A model generated the notes under the pieces. That model was not told where the DNA came from. It searched no databases and saw only the letters and a program-made list of their open reading frames with translations. A stretch of DNA of 64,000 bases from Podarcis gaigeae (Eukaryota), in assembly GCA_964106915.2 (NCBI GenBank), contig OZ066921.1, one strand, 5' to 3'. Positions within the stretch are counted from its first letter, which is position 1, and each line of letters opens with the position of its first letter. A program made the translations under genes and the position numbers. Below are positions 36,561 through 49,595 of the stretch, piece by piece.

Positions 36561-38262
36561 GATTAAGGGGTTGACACGGATGCTACAAGGAGTGGCCAAT
36601 GTGGAGGTCAGTGTCCGCCATCCAATCCCCAATCGGAGAGACACACCATGAAAGCGCACAAACGCTATAATAAAAAGATGGAGGCCTCTGGAAAATGTAG
36701 GGCTGGCAACAGCAAACAGATCTTAACTTTTTCTGTATAAGCATCTCTCGGGGGATAAACAACAACAACGTCTAACAGGAGACAGCTATCAGTTCTGCTC
36801 AGTGGTGTCCAAACTTTTTTCAAAGAGGGCCAGATTTGATGAAGTGAAGGCCCCTGAAACGGACTTTGGACATGCCTGATTGTCTCTGGCCTAATCCTAC
36901 TCTCTTTATAGGCCTGCAAATGAAATCAAGGGTGAAGTTTAGGAACTGACAATCGCGCAATACCCATCTATTTCCCGTTCGGAGCAGGGGAATTCTGGAT
37001 ATACGGATCGTCTTCTTGTAATCTGTAAAAAAAAAAAATACTCTTTCAGAATTCTGTGTGGCGGGACGGGGGCTTTAAAAAAACAAACATTAAAAAAAAT
37101 CCCGAATGGCTATACCTGGAAATCAAACTGTTTAGTATTGGCATAGTTAAAAGAGGTGATTTGAAGAGGTGATTTGAAGAGCTTCCAAAGGGTGCTTTAA
37201 AAAAACTGAACTAAATCTCCCTCGCGCAATTAATATGGCGGGGGGAGTGGATATGTGGGAGCAAAACTTCAAAGTTTTCCTCCTGTCCGAGGAAGCTTAG
37301 GACGGCTGAACGGCAACAACATTCTCATCGCTTCTCCATCAAATATAAACGTAGGACTCTCGGGCTTTCCCTATACAGTAGTTGTCTGTGTTAGTGGACA
37401 TCTTGGTGAAATGTGCATGAGCTGGCTGCCTTTCAGCCCCGGGAAAAAGGCAGACCGACGGTGCAATTCTCTGCTCGTTTCCTTGGCATTAAGCCCGGGA
37501 GGACCCGCACGGGATAGGGGCGGCCAGAGGCAGATTAAAGAGAAGGATATTAGGTCCCCTAATTAGGAAGGTTCGTTTTCAGCATAACGTATTCGCTGAA
37601 ATTAGCAGCATCCCACCGTTTTCTCCAGACGAAACCTATCCGTCCTTGCAAAGTGGAGTCTTTTGTCAGTTCAGTATCCAGCAGGAATAGCCTGTCTTCC
37701 TGCATCCCGTCAAGCGCCTGGACCCACTTACTTTGGCGCAAGTCCCATCATCAATACAAATCAATACAGATCTGAGGTTCTGCCCCCCCACAAAAGCCTG
37801 TCAAAATTCTGGCTACGCCCATGAGTGCCATGGAACTCAAAGGAGCTTACTTCTGAGTAGACATGAATGGGGCTGCACTGCGAGAGAAAACTGAAAAGAG
37901 GCCCGTTACCAACGTTATCTTCGAGGGATTACTTGCCATACATCTCTCGACGTTTCCCAGAGAGTGGACAGTCTGACAAAGTGTGGGGGGAGTTTATTAA
38001 TTTGTTTAAAAAGTAAAGACAGATAAGTTTTCTCCCTGAGCCATATTTAACATAACTGGAGTGTAATCAGGTAAGTCAGTTAACATTGGAAAGTGATTTA
38101 AATTGCACTTGTCTCCAGAATGTCCAGCCACTTTGTATGACACACCCCTGACTCTATACTCCTTTTCCCTAGATCAGGCGGAGTGTATCAGTAAACAGTG
38201 TCACATTCTGAGAAACACTGAAGGAAGAGAAAGGTTATATTAAAGAACAGCGCGGAGCTGCA

Positions 38263-38326
38263 CGCTCTGTCCAAGGTGCTGATCTGCGCCGCTCGATGAC
38301 TCTCTGTAACTCTCCAGGGTGCTGAA
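38263..38326. promoter_or_regulatory. Two tandem REST/NRSF RE1-like sites
   Basis: CGCTCTGTCCAAGGTGCTGAT (38263-38283) and GTAACTCTCCAGGGTGCTGAA (38306-38326) match the RE1 pattern CT(G/C)TCC-NN-GGTGCTGA with canonical 2-bp spacing. Confidence 0.75.
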
Positions 38327-38662
38327 AGACACCATGGTTACACACCGTCCAGGATTCTGAGCGGAGAATAAACATAAATTAAAGTAAAACCATATTTGGC
38401 AGGACTTGTTCCTTCCCTTTAACTAAATACGTTTCCAGAATCGTCTGATATTAACAATCTCAGGAAGCTCTCCTGGCCTTCCCAGCAATCTGAAAGTGTT
38501 CTGGTACACTTTGATGCAATGAACTTCCAGTAAAAAAAAACCTTCTAAGTCCCTGACTCATATGTTCCATAAAGGAGAATATCAAATGTTGAATGTTATG
38601 TCTGTCCTTGAACATTGGATCTTAGGGCAGGAGATAACACAGTTGGGGCTCAAAATGGAATG

Positions 38663-39254
38663 CGTCATGTGCCCCAAAGTGCTGTAGTGATTGGGTTTTG
38701 ATTGGCAAGTCCCATCACACTAGAAGAGGATGGGGACCTGAATGGTGTGAATCTGGGTTGAACGGGGGTCTCCCCCTTCTGCCCCAGCTTCAGCCACTTT
38801 GGAAGGGGATAGCAGATGCCTGTCCTTCCCCCCCCCCCCACCTTCCTGCAGAGCAGAGAATCCCAATGGAAGCTGGGGGAGGGGCTCGGGGCAACCAAGG
38901 CAGGAGGCAGCAGTGACTGAACAGGAACCTGAAGAGGAGAGTGTAGTGTTGTCATCTAGAACCAGGCACTGCTTTTGCAGATCAGAACAGAGCCAGCCAC
39001 CCCATAAGATCACACATTTGCAATCCCAACATTCCTGTAAGGCAAGCAAGTCTTGTGAGTGAATGTGGTATATCTCATCTTTAAAAGCTTGGTGGGCAGG
39101 GTGTGGAAACTTGTTCTGAACTCCTTGCCTTGTTCCTGAACTCCTGAATCATGTCTTCTATATCTGCTGTTTTGTCTGTACTATTGTTAGCCTGAATAAA
39201 GCTCTCTTACTTACTTTAAAGCACCATTTTTTTTCTTTTTTATTAGACATGACC
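38663..39254 (+). mobile_element. Probable solo LTR
   Basis: Short terminal inverted ends gtcatgt...acatgac, AATAAA near the 3' end (~39196); no TSD recognised. Confidence 0.4.
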
Positions 39255-40038
39255 CCCGCCCCCACCAAAAATATATATATTGGGAACTGTTGTTTGTTAA
39301 GGGTGCTGAGACCCCTATTGGTGTCAGAGAGCTACAATTCTCAGAGGTCCCTGGGAAGAGTGATTGATCGGTAAACCACTCTGGAAATTATAGCTTTGTG
39401 AAGGGAATGGGGTTGCCTAACAATTCTCAGCACCCTTAACAAACAACAGTCCCCATGACTATTTATGGGGAGTCCTGACTAACAGTGTCATAATAGTGCT
39501 TTAAACGTATGTGGACTTAGAGAACTGAGTTTGCCATTGCTATGATAATGATTATCACTGGAGGCCACACACACAGCTGCTCTGCAGACACTATATATGG
39601 TGCTGAAATGGAGTGGGACCATCCAGGGCAACCCAAATCCCACTACTCTACGCAAATAGTTAATGTATGCACAGAATTAGGACTGTTGCCTCATTTCTGT
39701 TTGGGGAAAGGAGAAAGGAGAAGGATCCATCACAATCGCTGCTTCCCTAAAACCACACCATCCTCCATCAAAACAATAGCTGCCTTTTGAAAGCAGGAGC
39801 TATTGATTGATTGATTGATCAATTGATCAGCATATATGTCCTGCCCTTCCTATAAATTCCCAGGGCAGCTTAGAATAGAAAATCAAAGGAATAATAAGTA
39901 TTTTAAGAGCACACAAACACTACAGACTAAATGCCGCAGGATCTGAAATCTAGAAAGAGCTGTGTGAGGCTAATGCAGATGAAGCAGCTTAGATTAAAAG
40001 ACTTGGAGATTTTTAAAAAGAAAGAAAGTCAGGACGGA

Positions 40039-40585
40039 TGTCAGGAGCAGGTCAGCAATAACTCACATGGTGTCAGTGAAATTAACTCTTTATTCAAAGA
40101 AACAAAATAGCTCAAGCCTACTGAGCACAGCAACTCGTCCCAGTAGATTTTGCCCCAATTAGTTGCAAGGTCTGAAGGTGCCCCCTCTCCCACAGCTCTC
40201 TAAATCTCCTCCTCTCCTGGACCCTACCAAGCAATCTGAGACTCTGTCACCTTGTCTGTCTCTGCTTTGCCCTCTTCATACCTCTGCAGGTTCTGAGAAA
40301 CCAGTGGGGAGGGGAGCCAGTCACAGCAGCAGAAGGAGACCCCCCCTGGCTTCTTCAGGAGCCTGCCTCTCTCTGCCTGTTGGTGTCCCTCCTCTCCAGC
40401 CTCTATTTCCGGACTGCTGCCACTAACTCCCTCCACTCACTTAGCCATGTTACCTCTTCAGTCTTCCCCCTCTGACCACTCATTGTCATCCCACCACCAG
40501 TCCCCTGGCTCTGCGCCTTCATCCCTTGGAGGTTGCCCAAGCTGGTGCCTCCCACCACTCCTCGGCACCCAACTAGTCCATGACA
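40039..40585 (-). mobile_element. Probable solo LTR
   Basis: TGTCA...TGACA termini, TTTATT at ~40089 (AATAAA on minus); no clear TSD. Confidence 0.55.
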
Positions 40586-41175
40586 GTCTACAAGGATCCA
40601 CCCCTTTCATGCCATTTGGAAAGATGAATCCTGACCAAGAGCAAAGGCACCTTATGCAACAGTGTGGGTGAAGGGAAGAGAAGGTTTGCCTCCAAACAAT
40701 CTCACTCATTGGCCTTACTGTTGCAGCCACCAGCAAGGATGCCAATTAACAACAATTGCAATGATGGCTTTCTGCGTGTGACATGAAGCCCTGCTCATCA
40801 AGAACCTTGGCGAGCTCCGGGACTCGTTATGCCAAGGCCAGCAGGTTGCTTGCGACTTCTGACCTAGGCTCAGTGTGAACCAGCGACCTAGAGGTGAAAC
40901 ACTCCATCTCTCATTAGCAGTCAACTGACACTCACTTTTCCTAATGAATTCTACACCCCCATCGAGGAATAAATCAGTTCCTGGAGGGTGAGGCAGGGAG
41001 TCCTTTGGCAAAAGTAATTTCAAGCGGGGGTGGAGGGAAGACAGAATGGAAAGACAGCACACCAATATTCCCTTTACTAGCTCATTTGGTGGAACCACTG
41101 TGATTTGTATAACAACGATTAGAACTTATACAGGCCTTTGGGGAGTCTTCCAAACTTCACATTGTCTCAGTAAAC

Positions 41176-41488
41176 CAGGGGTGGAGGGCCTCAGGCCCAG
41201 GAGCCAGGTGGCCCTTCTGAACTTCAAATATGGCCCTCAGAACTCTTTCCAGGCCACATCCCTAACTGCCCCAGCTTTGCACCCTGGCTGGAATGTATCC
41301 TTGAACTCTGATAATGCCTCTTGCTTGCCTAGATGTAGGGTAGAGTGTATAGAAAATAACCTACTGTACTAAAGGTCAAATTTACATTTGCTGCTCCACC
41401 CAGTTTTGCAAATAGCTGGCATGTGACCCTTGGAAGGTTGTCCAGAATGGAATGAAGCCCTCAGGCTGAAAAAGGTTCTCCAACCCTG
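41176..41488. mobile_element. hAT-type non-autonomous element (related copies 43438-44231 and ~57930-58200)
   Basis: CAGGG...CCCTG termini; shared ctggaatgt.tccttgaactctgataat body. Confidence 0.65.
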
Positions 41489-41669
41489 GTTGAAAGGTTG
41501 TGAGTTGTTTAGGGCTTTATAAACTAAAATACCTTAAGCTTGGCTCATTTGGCATAGAAACAGCCTGTGCATTTTTCTTCAACCAAGGTGTCAGATAGTT
41601 GCCCCACAGAACAACTTAGCTGTAACTTCCAGATCAAACTTAAAGGTAGCCCCACAGGAACCCTATTAC

Positions 41670-41820
41670 CAGTGCTATTTTTATAGAAAAAGAGGTGCCA
41701 AAACTCATCATGATCACTTTCCTTGTTCTCTTAGAATGGCAATGGCCCCCACATAAGAGGTGCCAGAACTGAGTTCTGGTGAGTTCTAGCTGGGGGGTGG
41801 GGTGGGGGTGGGGAGCCCTG
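41670..41820. mobile_element. hAT-type MITE
   Basis: CAGTGC...GCCCTG ends; perfect 8-bp TSD CCTATTAC (41662-41669, 41821-41828). Confidence 0.82.
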
Positions 41821-43266
41821 CCTATTACCATCTGCTGATCAGGTCAGGGCGTGAATCATAAGGGGCTGAACAATCCTGTCATGTGACCTGCAAAGACTGG
41901 GAGGCACTGAGCATGATCATATTCATCACTGACATATCCCACTTTATGAACGTCCAACGGACTTCATATTTGTTGTCCCAGTAATGGTCACAAGAGCCCT
42001 GTAAGGTAGGCTGCTATTATCACTTCTCAGTGTCTGAAGAATGCAATCAATGATTTAGCAAGATCGAACCAGCTTAGATCCTATTTTGGAAACCTCGTAA
42101 GGAAGTGGTAGGGTTAGTCACTCTGTGCAAGAAGGAAGAGGGAGAAGGGAGCCAGCTACCTAACCTCTAAACTAGAATAGGATGAAGCTTGAAGAGCTCA
42201 CTGGGCAGACTCCATCCTGTCCTTTGCCTTACTACATTGGAGGGGAAACCTGTTAGGATTGCTCCACACAGATCAGAGTCTAAAGGGCATCTTTTTCCAC
42301 TGTTGACTCATCCCAACCCCCCGCTCCAGTGGAAAACTAATATGGTTAAGACTTTTCAGAGTATCATTCCCTCTGTTTCCAGTGTTCAGGCAGTGAGTGC
42401 TGAAGTAGCCAAAACTGCACCACCCATGCTCAAGAGAGAGATATCAGCCAGATAGAGAGGAACCTGCAGAACTACAACAAATCTGCAGGTGGAGAAAAAT
42501 GTAAGACGAGGGAACCCCAGAACAGCAAATGGGGACTGAGCATGTTCAGTCACACAATGCTGACTAAGTGTTAAGGGAATGCTGGAGACTGGAACAGCAA
42601 CATTCCATACTGCAACATTTTGCTGCAGGTCCAACTGATGTGGCTTGTAACTGGTAATGCCTTTTATTTTTGACAGTGCTGTCACCTGTTGGATGGAGAA
42701 AGGTTCTGGAACTTTAAGTAGGCCCACGGCATGCCAAAATCAACAGGATAAGCTGTTCTTGCCACTGCACATCCCAGCATTGCCCATCTTCACCTGTTGG
42801 TTTCTTTCTGTCATTGCAGCCAATAAAAGAGAAGGAGGACTTAGGACATGCAGATGAAGATCTGCCTACATTCTGGGCACAGCTGCAAGTAAACCACTGC
42901 CACTCTGCCTAGGACTGGGCTGTGCTCCCTGTCCAGCCAATTTCACCCAGCAGAACATTTTCCATTGCTTACTTTTTATGTCTAAAAAAATAATAATAAT
43001 CAGTTGGTCTCTCTTATGCCCCGTACCCTTTATTTGCTGAAATTGTGAGGCTACAGTCAGAAATTGCCTATGGCAGTGATGGGCCAAAGGAGCGCATAAT
43101 CCTTGCAGCAAAGCCACAGGTAGCCAACTATGGGTAAAGTTTGAAATACAATATATCTCTACTCAGATATGTGCCCCATTGAACTCAAGGGATGTTTGTG
43201 TTGCATTATCAGTCTTGGTGAACTATTGGGGGGGGGGGGAATGCTGCACACGTGCTTTTTTACATA

Positions 43267-43333
43267 CAGTGGTACCTCAGGTTACATACGCTTCAGGTTA
43301 CAGACTCCACTAACTCAGAAATAGTGCTTCAGT
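43267..43333. mobile_element. Truncated Tigger/pogo-like MITE
   Basis: One TIR, TA-CAGTGGTACCTCAGGTTAC. Confidence 0.75.
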
Positions 43334-43611
43334 AGTGCAGCAGTATTAAAAAATACACTAATGAATTAATGAATAAAGCTTGTATGAGAACTTCACAAGG
43401 TGTAAAGGGTTACCAAGTAAGTCACTAGCTTTTATTGCAGGGCTGGGGAGCTGCAGGTCTGAATGTGGCCCCTAGGCCTCTCTGCCTGGCCCTTAGAATT
43501 CTCCCCAGACTACACCCCTCACTGGCCCTGCCTCACACCCAAGTCTTTTTGCCTGGCTGTAATGTGTCCTTGGACTCTGATAATGTCACTTGCTTGTTTG
43601 GGCAGAGAACA

Positions 43612-43915
43612 GAGGAGGAGAAGAAGAAGAAGAAGAAGAAGAAGAAGAAGAAGAAGAAGAAGAAGAAGAAGAAGAGTTTGGATTTGATATCCCGCCTTTC
43701 ACTCCCTTTAAGGAGTCTCAAAGCGGCTAACATTCTCCTTTCCCTTCCTCCCCCACAACAAACACTCTGTGAGGTGAGTGGGGCTGAGAGACTTCAAGGA
43801 AGTGTGACTGGCCCAAGGTCACCCAGCAGCTGCATGTGGAGGAGCGGAGACGCGAACCCGGTTCCCCAGGATTACGAGACTACCGCTCTTAACCACTACA
43901 CCACACTGGCTCTCA
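43612..43915 (-). mobile_element. Young Squam3-like SINE with (CTT)n tail
   Basis: Reverse strand GAGCCAGTGTGGTGTAGTGGTTAAGAGCGG A box and GGGTTCGCGTC B box; tail seen as (GAA)n at 43620-43674. Confidence 0.85.
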
Positions 43916-43928
43916 GAGAGGGAATGTT

Positions 43929-44074
43929 CAGTGGTGTAGCGTGGGGGGTGCAGGGGGGGCGGCCGCACCGGGCGCAACATCTGGGGGTTAGGGTTAGGGG
44001 GCGCAAATCCACGGGTTAGAGGGTGCAAATTACTTGCCTTGCCCCGGGTGCTGACAACCCACGCTACGCCACTG
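43929..44074. mobile_element. hAT (Tip100-like) MITE containing TTAGGG repeats
   Basis: TIRs CAGTGGTGTAGCGTGGG / CCCACGCTACGCCACTG; perfect 8-bp TSD GGAATGTT (43921-43928, 44075-44082). Confidence 0.88.
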
Positions 44075-46993
44075 GGAATGTTAAGTGAGTACAGAAACTA
44101 ACCCATTGTATGAAGGTAAAATTTGTGTTTGTTCCTCTGCCCTGACCCTGCCTACCACTGGCATGCATCTCCTCATAAAGTTTCCAAGAAGGGAATATGG
44201 CCCTGAGACTTAAAAAGGCTTCCCTCCCCTGTTTTAGAGAATAATCTTCTGTTCTTTTCACTCTGTGGGATCATCAAGGCAACTACACCTTAGAGTAATG
44301 CCGCAGTGAGCATCAAATGATAGGTGCCTGCGTGCTCTCTAAAATCTTAATTCCTATATAGCAAACAAGTTTCTAGGTCTCATGATTTCAGAGGCAAACA
44401 TGAACAGTGATGTGCTTAAAAGGTTGGAAGGTGAGGAGGGAAATAATAACTCAAAATTCATCATTTAGCTGGAGCAGGGGTAGCTAAACTTTTGGGGGCC
44501 AAGTAACCCATAGCTAATCCTCTGAGGGTTGTTATTATTTTTAATTAATCAACTAATTAATTAATTAAACACCCTATACCTGCAGGTCTCAGGGTGGTTC
44601 ACGATAAAATTGCAACATTAAACACAAAATACCCAATCAAAATATAAGCAGAAACAGTCAAATAACCCTCCCCCAACACACAAAAACAGCTAAAAACAAT
44701 TTTAAAAAATAAAAAGCAGTTTAACAGAATGTTGCATGGTAAAGGGTATATTTTTGATGCAAGGGGAGAAGGTGGGCATGGGAAAAAAATGAAAAGAAAG
44801 AACTATTGGTTGTCTTACCTACTAAGGACAGGTTAGGAAGCAACTGGTGTAAACTAAAAATAGCAGATCTGGATTTTTAAATTAAGTTTCTGTTACAAAA
44901 TCAGTAACAAAGAATTCACAAATTAATTATTATTATTATTTCTACAAACATAAATAATAAAACATGACAAGGCTAACAAAAAAATGGGTCACTAGGGGGT
45001 AAATAGAAAATGTATTATTTTACAGTACATAATAATGAGGTGATTACAATGAACCAGTTTGATTGATTCTTCAGTAAATCAACTTGGGAAGCAGAGACTA
45101 GCAGGCGAGAGCTAAAGCAGATTTGGATTTTATAAGAAAGCTTCCCAAGGACAAAATAATTTCAGCACTAGCAGAAGCCAGTTCATGCAGGTGTGGCATT
45201 GCTTGATTACTTGATGAGTCCCTGGAGAACATATGAAAAAGTGGGAAAGTGCTGTGTTTGAGGTGTCTTTGGACAATACTGGCTGAGTCTCCAGAGGAAA
45301 CAGGCTGAGGTGGTAGAATGGGCTGTACACTTCAGACAACAGGTGACAAATTATACCTCTGAATGCTCTTCTACAGAAAAACAGAACAAAAGCAGTCTCT
45401 GAAAATAGAGAATTAACATGTCAGAGAGAGGGGGGGGATTCCAGGCCAGCCCTTTACTTTCTGTGATGGTTTTCTATTTGCATGGAGTCTTGTTATTGTC
45501 ATAATACAGGGGAATGTCTGGGATAGCTGATCCGCCACCTGCAATGGTGATACTCCACTGCCCAGCTCCCATCACATTCCAATAACTTTGTCAGCAAAAC
45601 TGCCCTGTTAAATACACACATTCCATGCTAAGGGGGGCTGTCAGTTTCTCTGTGAGTTGCCAGCCCCAGCTTTACTGCATCACCCATGTGGTCCTCCTCA
45701 CTGCAGCTTATTATGTGTTTGGTGCAATTCATCAGAAGTGCCTGTGGAGGCATCCTGTCACCACCTCTTTCCTCTCAGCTCAATACTGCTTTAATGAGAC
45801 CACAAGTCTAACCCTTAGGTCAGTGTGGCTTGACAAGGGCTACTGCTTGAGCATCAATGGGGAGGTGCTGGCTCAGCTGTGGAAGCGGGTGCCAAATGGC
45901 CACGTGTGCCTTGCAGCTGAGTCACACAAGCCTAGTTTTCCTCTCTCCACATAGTGCATGGGCTCTCATCCTTTGTCAGCAATAGTGTAGTTAAGAAGAA
46001 CACACCAGCTGTTCATTACAAAAAGTCTAAAACTAAGAAACAGTGCTTGAGTGTTCTTTTTTCCCTCCTCCTGACCAATCACTTTTCCTTTTGTGTTATG
46101 TCTTTTCAGGGACTGTCATTTGGCCATTTGCTACAGGGGCCTTTGGGGGCAGAAAATCAGGATAAAAATGCTTTAAATAAATAGCATTTGAGTAAAATCA
46201 TTTGAGTAAAATAAAAACCCGAAGCAGGGCATCTGAGGAAGAACTTAAATGACAAGTAGACCTATGTGGTATAAGGAGGTCCTTTACGTGTCCTGGATGC
46301 AGGCCATTTAGTGCTTTCAAGATTAATACCAGCACCTTCAATTTGTCTGAAAACCACCTGCTCCTTTCCATCTGCAACAGGTGGATAACAATATTGAGTT
46401 GCTGTTGTTGCTGGTATTATTACACCATTTTCTAAGTGTCCACAGCATGTTGGACAGTACAAGAGAACAGGTCTCTGTGCATCTCCAGGTAGGGCTGGAG
46501 ATGTCCCCTACCTGAGATACCCCTATCTGAAACCTGGAGAGCCGCTGCCAGTCAATATAGATGATAGTGTGCTAGATGGACTCAATATAAGGCATCTTCC
46601 TATGTTCATGGCAGGGGACATTCCCACCCTACCAGGAGATGCCAGGAATCGAACCTGGGACTTTCTGCATGCAAGGCCTGAGCTGCAGCCCTTCGTCAAA
46701 GCTCCTTGTGCCTGGTCCTGCTTTGGTCCTGCTGTCAACCTCCATTTCTTAGCAGGCCTCCAGGTGTATTACCCAGCTGATATAGAGAGGAAGGTGTTGA
46801 CAGCAGAACCACAGAATGAGCAGCTCTGTAATCTGCTCTAGGATAGGGGTGGGAAGCCTTTTTTCTTTAGCCCGAGGGTCACATTGCATCATGGGAAACA
46901 TTCCAAGGGCCACGTACCATTGGTTGACAGAGCCAGAAGCAAAAATGGGTGGGGTAGGCCACATGCCAGCTGCACAGAAATCAGATATTTTTA

Positions 46994-47045
<52 letters not shown>
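46994..47045. repeat. (CA)n(GA)n microsatellite
   Basis: Directly visible. Confidence 0.95.
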
Positions 47046-47048
<3 letters not shown>

Positions 47049-47090
47049 TTCCTTCTCTATCTTGGCAAGGAATATTTATAAACGAAGTTA

Positions 47091-47319
47091 CAGTGGTACC
47101 TCGGGTTACAGACTCTTCAGGTTACAGACTCCGCTAACCCAGAAATATTACCTCGGGTTAAGAACTTTGCTTCAGGATGAGAACAGAAATCGTGCTCCGG
47201 CGGCGCTGCAGCAGCAGCAGGAGGCCCCATTAGCTAAAGTGGTGCTTCAGGTTAAGAACAGTTTCAGGTTAAGAACGGACCTCTGGAACGAATTAAGTAC
47301 TTAACCCGAGGTACCACTA
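47091..47319. mobile_element. Tigger/pogo-like MITE
   Basis: Same TIRs and TA TSD as 15158-15383. Confidence 0.88.
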
Positions 47320-47519
47320 TACAAGAAAAACAACAGCAGAATACATACGTTTTTATTTGATTCATTTGTAATCCGTTTGCATTTGACTTCCCTCCCCTTC
47401 TTACTTGTGTCCTCAGTTTTACTCAGTTAACTGCCCCCTTCTAACACATCCATGTATTCAGTAACCTAATTCCATTGTATTTTACTATTATTTCCTTACA
47501 GGAGTTATTCTAAACCGGT

Positions 47520-47720
47520 CAAAGTAATCTATGTCCAAGGAGCTTGAGGTGGCATAATGGTTCTCCTTCTCCACATTGAATCCCCACAACAACCCTGTGA
47601 GGTAGGTTAGGCTGACAGGCAGTGACTGGCCCAAGGTCACCCAGAGAGCTTCATGGCCAAATGGGGATTTGAACCCTGGTCTCCCAGGTCCAAGTTCAGC
47701 ATTCTTCCCATTATGGCACA
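47520..47720 (-). mobile_element. Squam3-like SINE
   Basis: cacaacaaccctgtgaggtaggttaggctga...gactggcccaaggtcacccagagagcttcatgg...gatttgaacc. Confidence 0.75.
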
Positions 47721-48322
47721 TTATCATAGTTCAAGAATCAATTCCAGCCAAGCAAAAGCCCTGAATGATGGTGTCGTAGGGTTGCTGAGGGGTGTGGCCT
47801 AGGGAGAGTTCAGTGGGCCAAATGGAGAGCTGAGGGCCACATTTTACTCACAGGATTTGGGGGGTGGGGCTTGCTTTGGTAAAGCATTTAAAGGACTCAA
47901 GGCAGCAACTATTGTAGGAAGGCAACTATTTGTCAGTTGTTTCTACTGTATAACAGCTGGTCTTTTCCTTTTTAAAAACACAAAACTGATGTTTGTTTCA
48001 TGAACTGCAGAGATCCACTAGATTACAATTTCTAGGTTCTTAAGCATCACAGCGGGATGATTCCAAAATGAGAACTGTGTTGGATACAGCACCCTCTTGT
48101 GGTCATATGGAGAAATATGGAAGAAAAAACCTTTTTCATTCTCACTCTTTTGCAAGTATACAGTTGCAATTCTATTATGAACTTTCCTGGGACTCAGTGA
48201 CATGTATACAATGACAGTACAAGTCTCTTAAGGATTTGTTTCCAGCCCTGGCATCTTACAGCTTACTGTAGTTCTATGCATGCTTGCTCAAAGGAAGGTC
48301 CTACTGATTTCATGGAGGCTTA

Positions 48323-48667
48323 AAGGACCCCTGACCATTAGGTCCAGTCATGGCCGACTCTCGGGTTGTAGCACTCATCTCGCTTTATTGGCCGAGGGAG
48401 CCAGCGTACAGCTTCCGGGTCATGTGGCCAGCATGACTAAGCCGCTTCTGCCGAACCAAAGCAGCGCACGGAAACACCGTTTACCTTCCCGCCAGAGTAG
48501 TACCTATTTATCTACTTGCACTTTGACGTGCTTTTGAACTGCTAGGTTGGCAGGAGCAGGGACCGAGCAACAGGAGCTCACCCCGTCGTGGGGATTCGAA
48601 CCGCCGACCTTCTGATCGGCAAGTCCTAGGCTCTGTGGTTTAACCCACAGCGCCACCCGCGTTCCTC
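48323..48667 (-). mobile_element. Sauria SINE, full length
   Basis: Diagnostic body; 13-bp TSD TCATGGAGGCTTA (48310-48322, 48668-48680). Confidence 0.93.
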
Positions 48668-49071
48668 TCATGGAGGCTTACTTCACTTTAAATATGTTCT
48701 GGGACTGAAGCTATGGACAAGCAGAAAACAAGGGGAAATGCTTTCCTCCCTTTTTTCCTCATTAAGCCCTTTGAGGACTGCTTCATTTTAGATTGCAGCA
48801 TTTGTTTACAAGTGGGACCTGCAGCAAAATGTTGCAGTATGAACTGCTCCTGTTTGGAGTCCTAGCCAACCAGCCATGCCCTCTCTCAGGGCACACCATT
48901 CCATTCCCCTTCTCCTCTGGTTTTCTCCCCCGCCCACATCCACTCACAACAGCCAAGTATGTTCACTCCTCACTCAGCTGTTTTGGAGTCCTGTACCCCA
49001 CCCTGCTTAGAGTTTTAATTTTCATCATACTCCTGCAAACTGCAGTTCTGATTTGCTGCTTGCTTATTTAA

Positions 49072-49188
49072 TTATGACCTGGAAGCTGTGCGCCGGCTCC
49101 CTTGGCCAGTAAAGCGAGATGAGTGCCGCAACCCCAGAGTCAGCCGTGACTGGACCTAATGGTCAGGGGTCCCTTTACCTTTACCTCT
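49072..49188 (+). mobile_element. Sauria SINE 3' fragment
   Basis: atgacctggaagctg...ggacctaatggtcaggggtccctttacctttacc. Confidence 0.85.
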
Positions 49189-49595
49189 TTATTTATTTAT
49201 CTTCTATACCACCCTATACCCGAAGGTCTCAGGGTGATTCACATAAAATAAAATATAAAAAATATAAAATCAAAACAAAACCAACAACCCAATAAAAAAA
49301 CCCCCAAAGAGCCAGCAATTTAAAAAAGGGTATAGGATGTAGATCAAGTCAGGCAAAGGAACGTTTTTGCCTAGCGCCTAAAGGTGTATAGTGAAGGCGC
49401 CAGGTGAACTTCCCTGGGGAGAGCATTCTACAGACGGGGAGCCACTGCAGAGAAGGCCCTTTCTCGTGTTGCCACCCTCCTGACCTCTTGTGGAGGAGGC
49501 ACACAAAGAAGGGCCTCGGAAGATGATCTCAGGGTCCAGGTAGGTTCATATGGGAAGAGGCGGCCCTTGAGGTATTGTGGTTCTGAGCCATTTGG
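49189..49595 (-). mobile_element. L2-like LINE 3' fragment
   Basis: (TTTA)n tail complement and ggggagccactgcagagaaggccc...gtattgtgg segment typical of squamate L2 3' ends; similar to 55600-55870 and 63520-63790. Confidence 0.6.

Noticed and set aside
43435-44019. 194-aa ORF with poly-Lys
   Set aside because: Runs through a (GAA)n SINE tail and nested TEs
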